Of a stretch of 64,000 nucleotides of DNA, positions 62,837 through 64,000 are shown piece by piece. The DNA comes from Malacoraja senta. Taxonomy: Eukaryota. A program made the position numbers and the translations under genes. How positions within the stretch are numbered: the first letter of the stretch is position 1; each line of letters begins with the position of its first letter. Location: NCBI GenBank assembly GCA_038087875.1, contig JAXLNO010000217.1, forward strand, positions 1-64,000, given 5' to 3'. The notes under the pieces were generated by a model. That model was not told the DNA's origin and did no database searches. It saw only the letters and a program-made list of their open reading frames with translations.

Positions 62837-64000
62837 TTGACTCTCCTGATTCTTGAAACATCCCATTTGAAAATGGTTTGGTTTAGAGATACAGCTTGGA
62901 AACAGGCCCTTTGGCCCACTGAGTACTGGGCGACCAGCGATGCTCACTCACTAACACTAACCTATACACTAGGGACAATTTACATTTATACCAAGCCAAT
63001 TAGCCTACGAAGCTGTCCGTCTTTAGAATGTGGGAGGAAACCAGAGCTACCGGAGAAAACCCATGCAGGTCACGAGGAGAAACTACAAACCCTGTACAGA
63101 CAGCACCCATTGTCAGGATTGAACCCGTGTCTCTGGTCCTGTAAGGCAGCAACTCTACTGCAGTGCCACCCTGCCGCCCAACTCTAACACTATCTTAAAG
63201 GGAAGTACTAAAGGAGTGAGGCTTTATTATTACCCATGAATGGGGTGAATGTTTTAAAAATGATTCAGTGATGAAAACATTACTAAACCAGGAGCAACAA
63301 CTAGTTTTTAATTTGTTTTATTTTATTATTAGCAGTAGCTTCAGAAGATAAATCATGTGGAAATGACTAGAACGTCATTAAAGACAAGAGATCAGGAAGC
63401 CAGATTATTTTGTGGTTAGTTTTAATGTTGACAGCTGACAAAAATGTATTTCACCTATTATTTTTCCAGCTGGCTTTTAACATTTCTGTCATTTGTTTGA
63501 GCTAATAGAATTTAACACTGGGATGATGAAAAGAATCTGCAAATCTGCAAAGAGGTTCACTTGTTCCTCCTCCTACCTACTGTATCCGTTCTTCTCAGTG
63601 TGAACTCTTATATGTTATTAAGCACAGACTGGGCGATTGTTTCGCTGAACACCTACGCTCGGTCTGCCTTGGTCTACGCGATCTCCCGATTGCTAACTTT
63701 CCTATCCATCCCCATATTGATCTGTCTGTCATGGGCCCCTCCACTGTCAAATTGGAGGAACAGCACCTCATATTTTGCTTGAGCAGTTTACAACCCCGCA
63801 GTATGAATATTAATTTCTCTCATTTCAAGTAATCCTTGAATTTCCTCTCTCTGTGTCCCTTCCCCACCCTAATCATCATCCTGAGGATCCTCTCAGCCTT
63901 CTTAACTCCAGCTAGTACTGGCCTGGTGCCGTTAAACGCACTGCTTTACATATTTTGCTCTGCTTTCAAAATTCAGTTATATTTACTTCAGTCCAGTTTC

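Noticed and set aside
43454..64000. Upstream RING/B-box/coiled-coil exons for the 39653-40181 exon
   Set aside because: No sequence resembling exons 1-5 was recognised; they may be deleted or lie beyond the window.

Overview
Eukaryotic, repeat-dense vertebrate DNA. The repeat families and TRIM style suggest a cartilaginous fish such as a skate or ray; this is inference, not searched. The window lies in a TRIM/B30.2 gene cluster. It holds one TRIM gene I could splice by hand into an intact 6-exon, 470-aa ORF on the minus strand (RING, B-box, coiled coil, PRY/SPRY; 22061->9877). It also holds a near-identical orphan PRY/SPRY exon with a 1-bp frameshift (39653-40181, part of a ~3 kb segmental duplication) and a divergent frameshifted PRY/SPRY exon on the plus strand (2086-2645). 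Most of the remainder is transposon-derived: several CR1 LINE families, a divergent CR1-like LINE, Rex1, Tx1 and L1 pieces, tRNA-derived SINEs, Penelope-like elements, Harbinger-like MITEs and a non-autonomous Helitron. Most notable: (1) two TSD-flanked copies of a ~135-140 bp retroelement whose first 54 nt fold into a minimal HDV-like ribozyme starting at the insertion boundary, with a Vingi/Ingi-like (GAA)n tail; (2) Penelope-derived fold-back insertions carrying minimal hammerhead motifs, including a 368-bp-arm palindrome in a TRIM intron; (3) evidence that the TRIM gene is a chimera of two tandem paralogs, with hypervariable PRY/SPRY loops.
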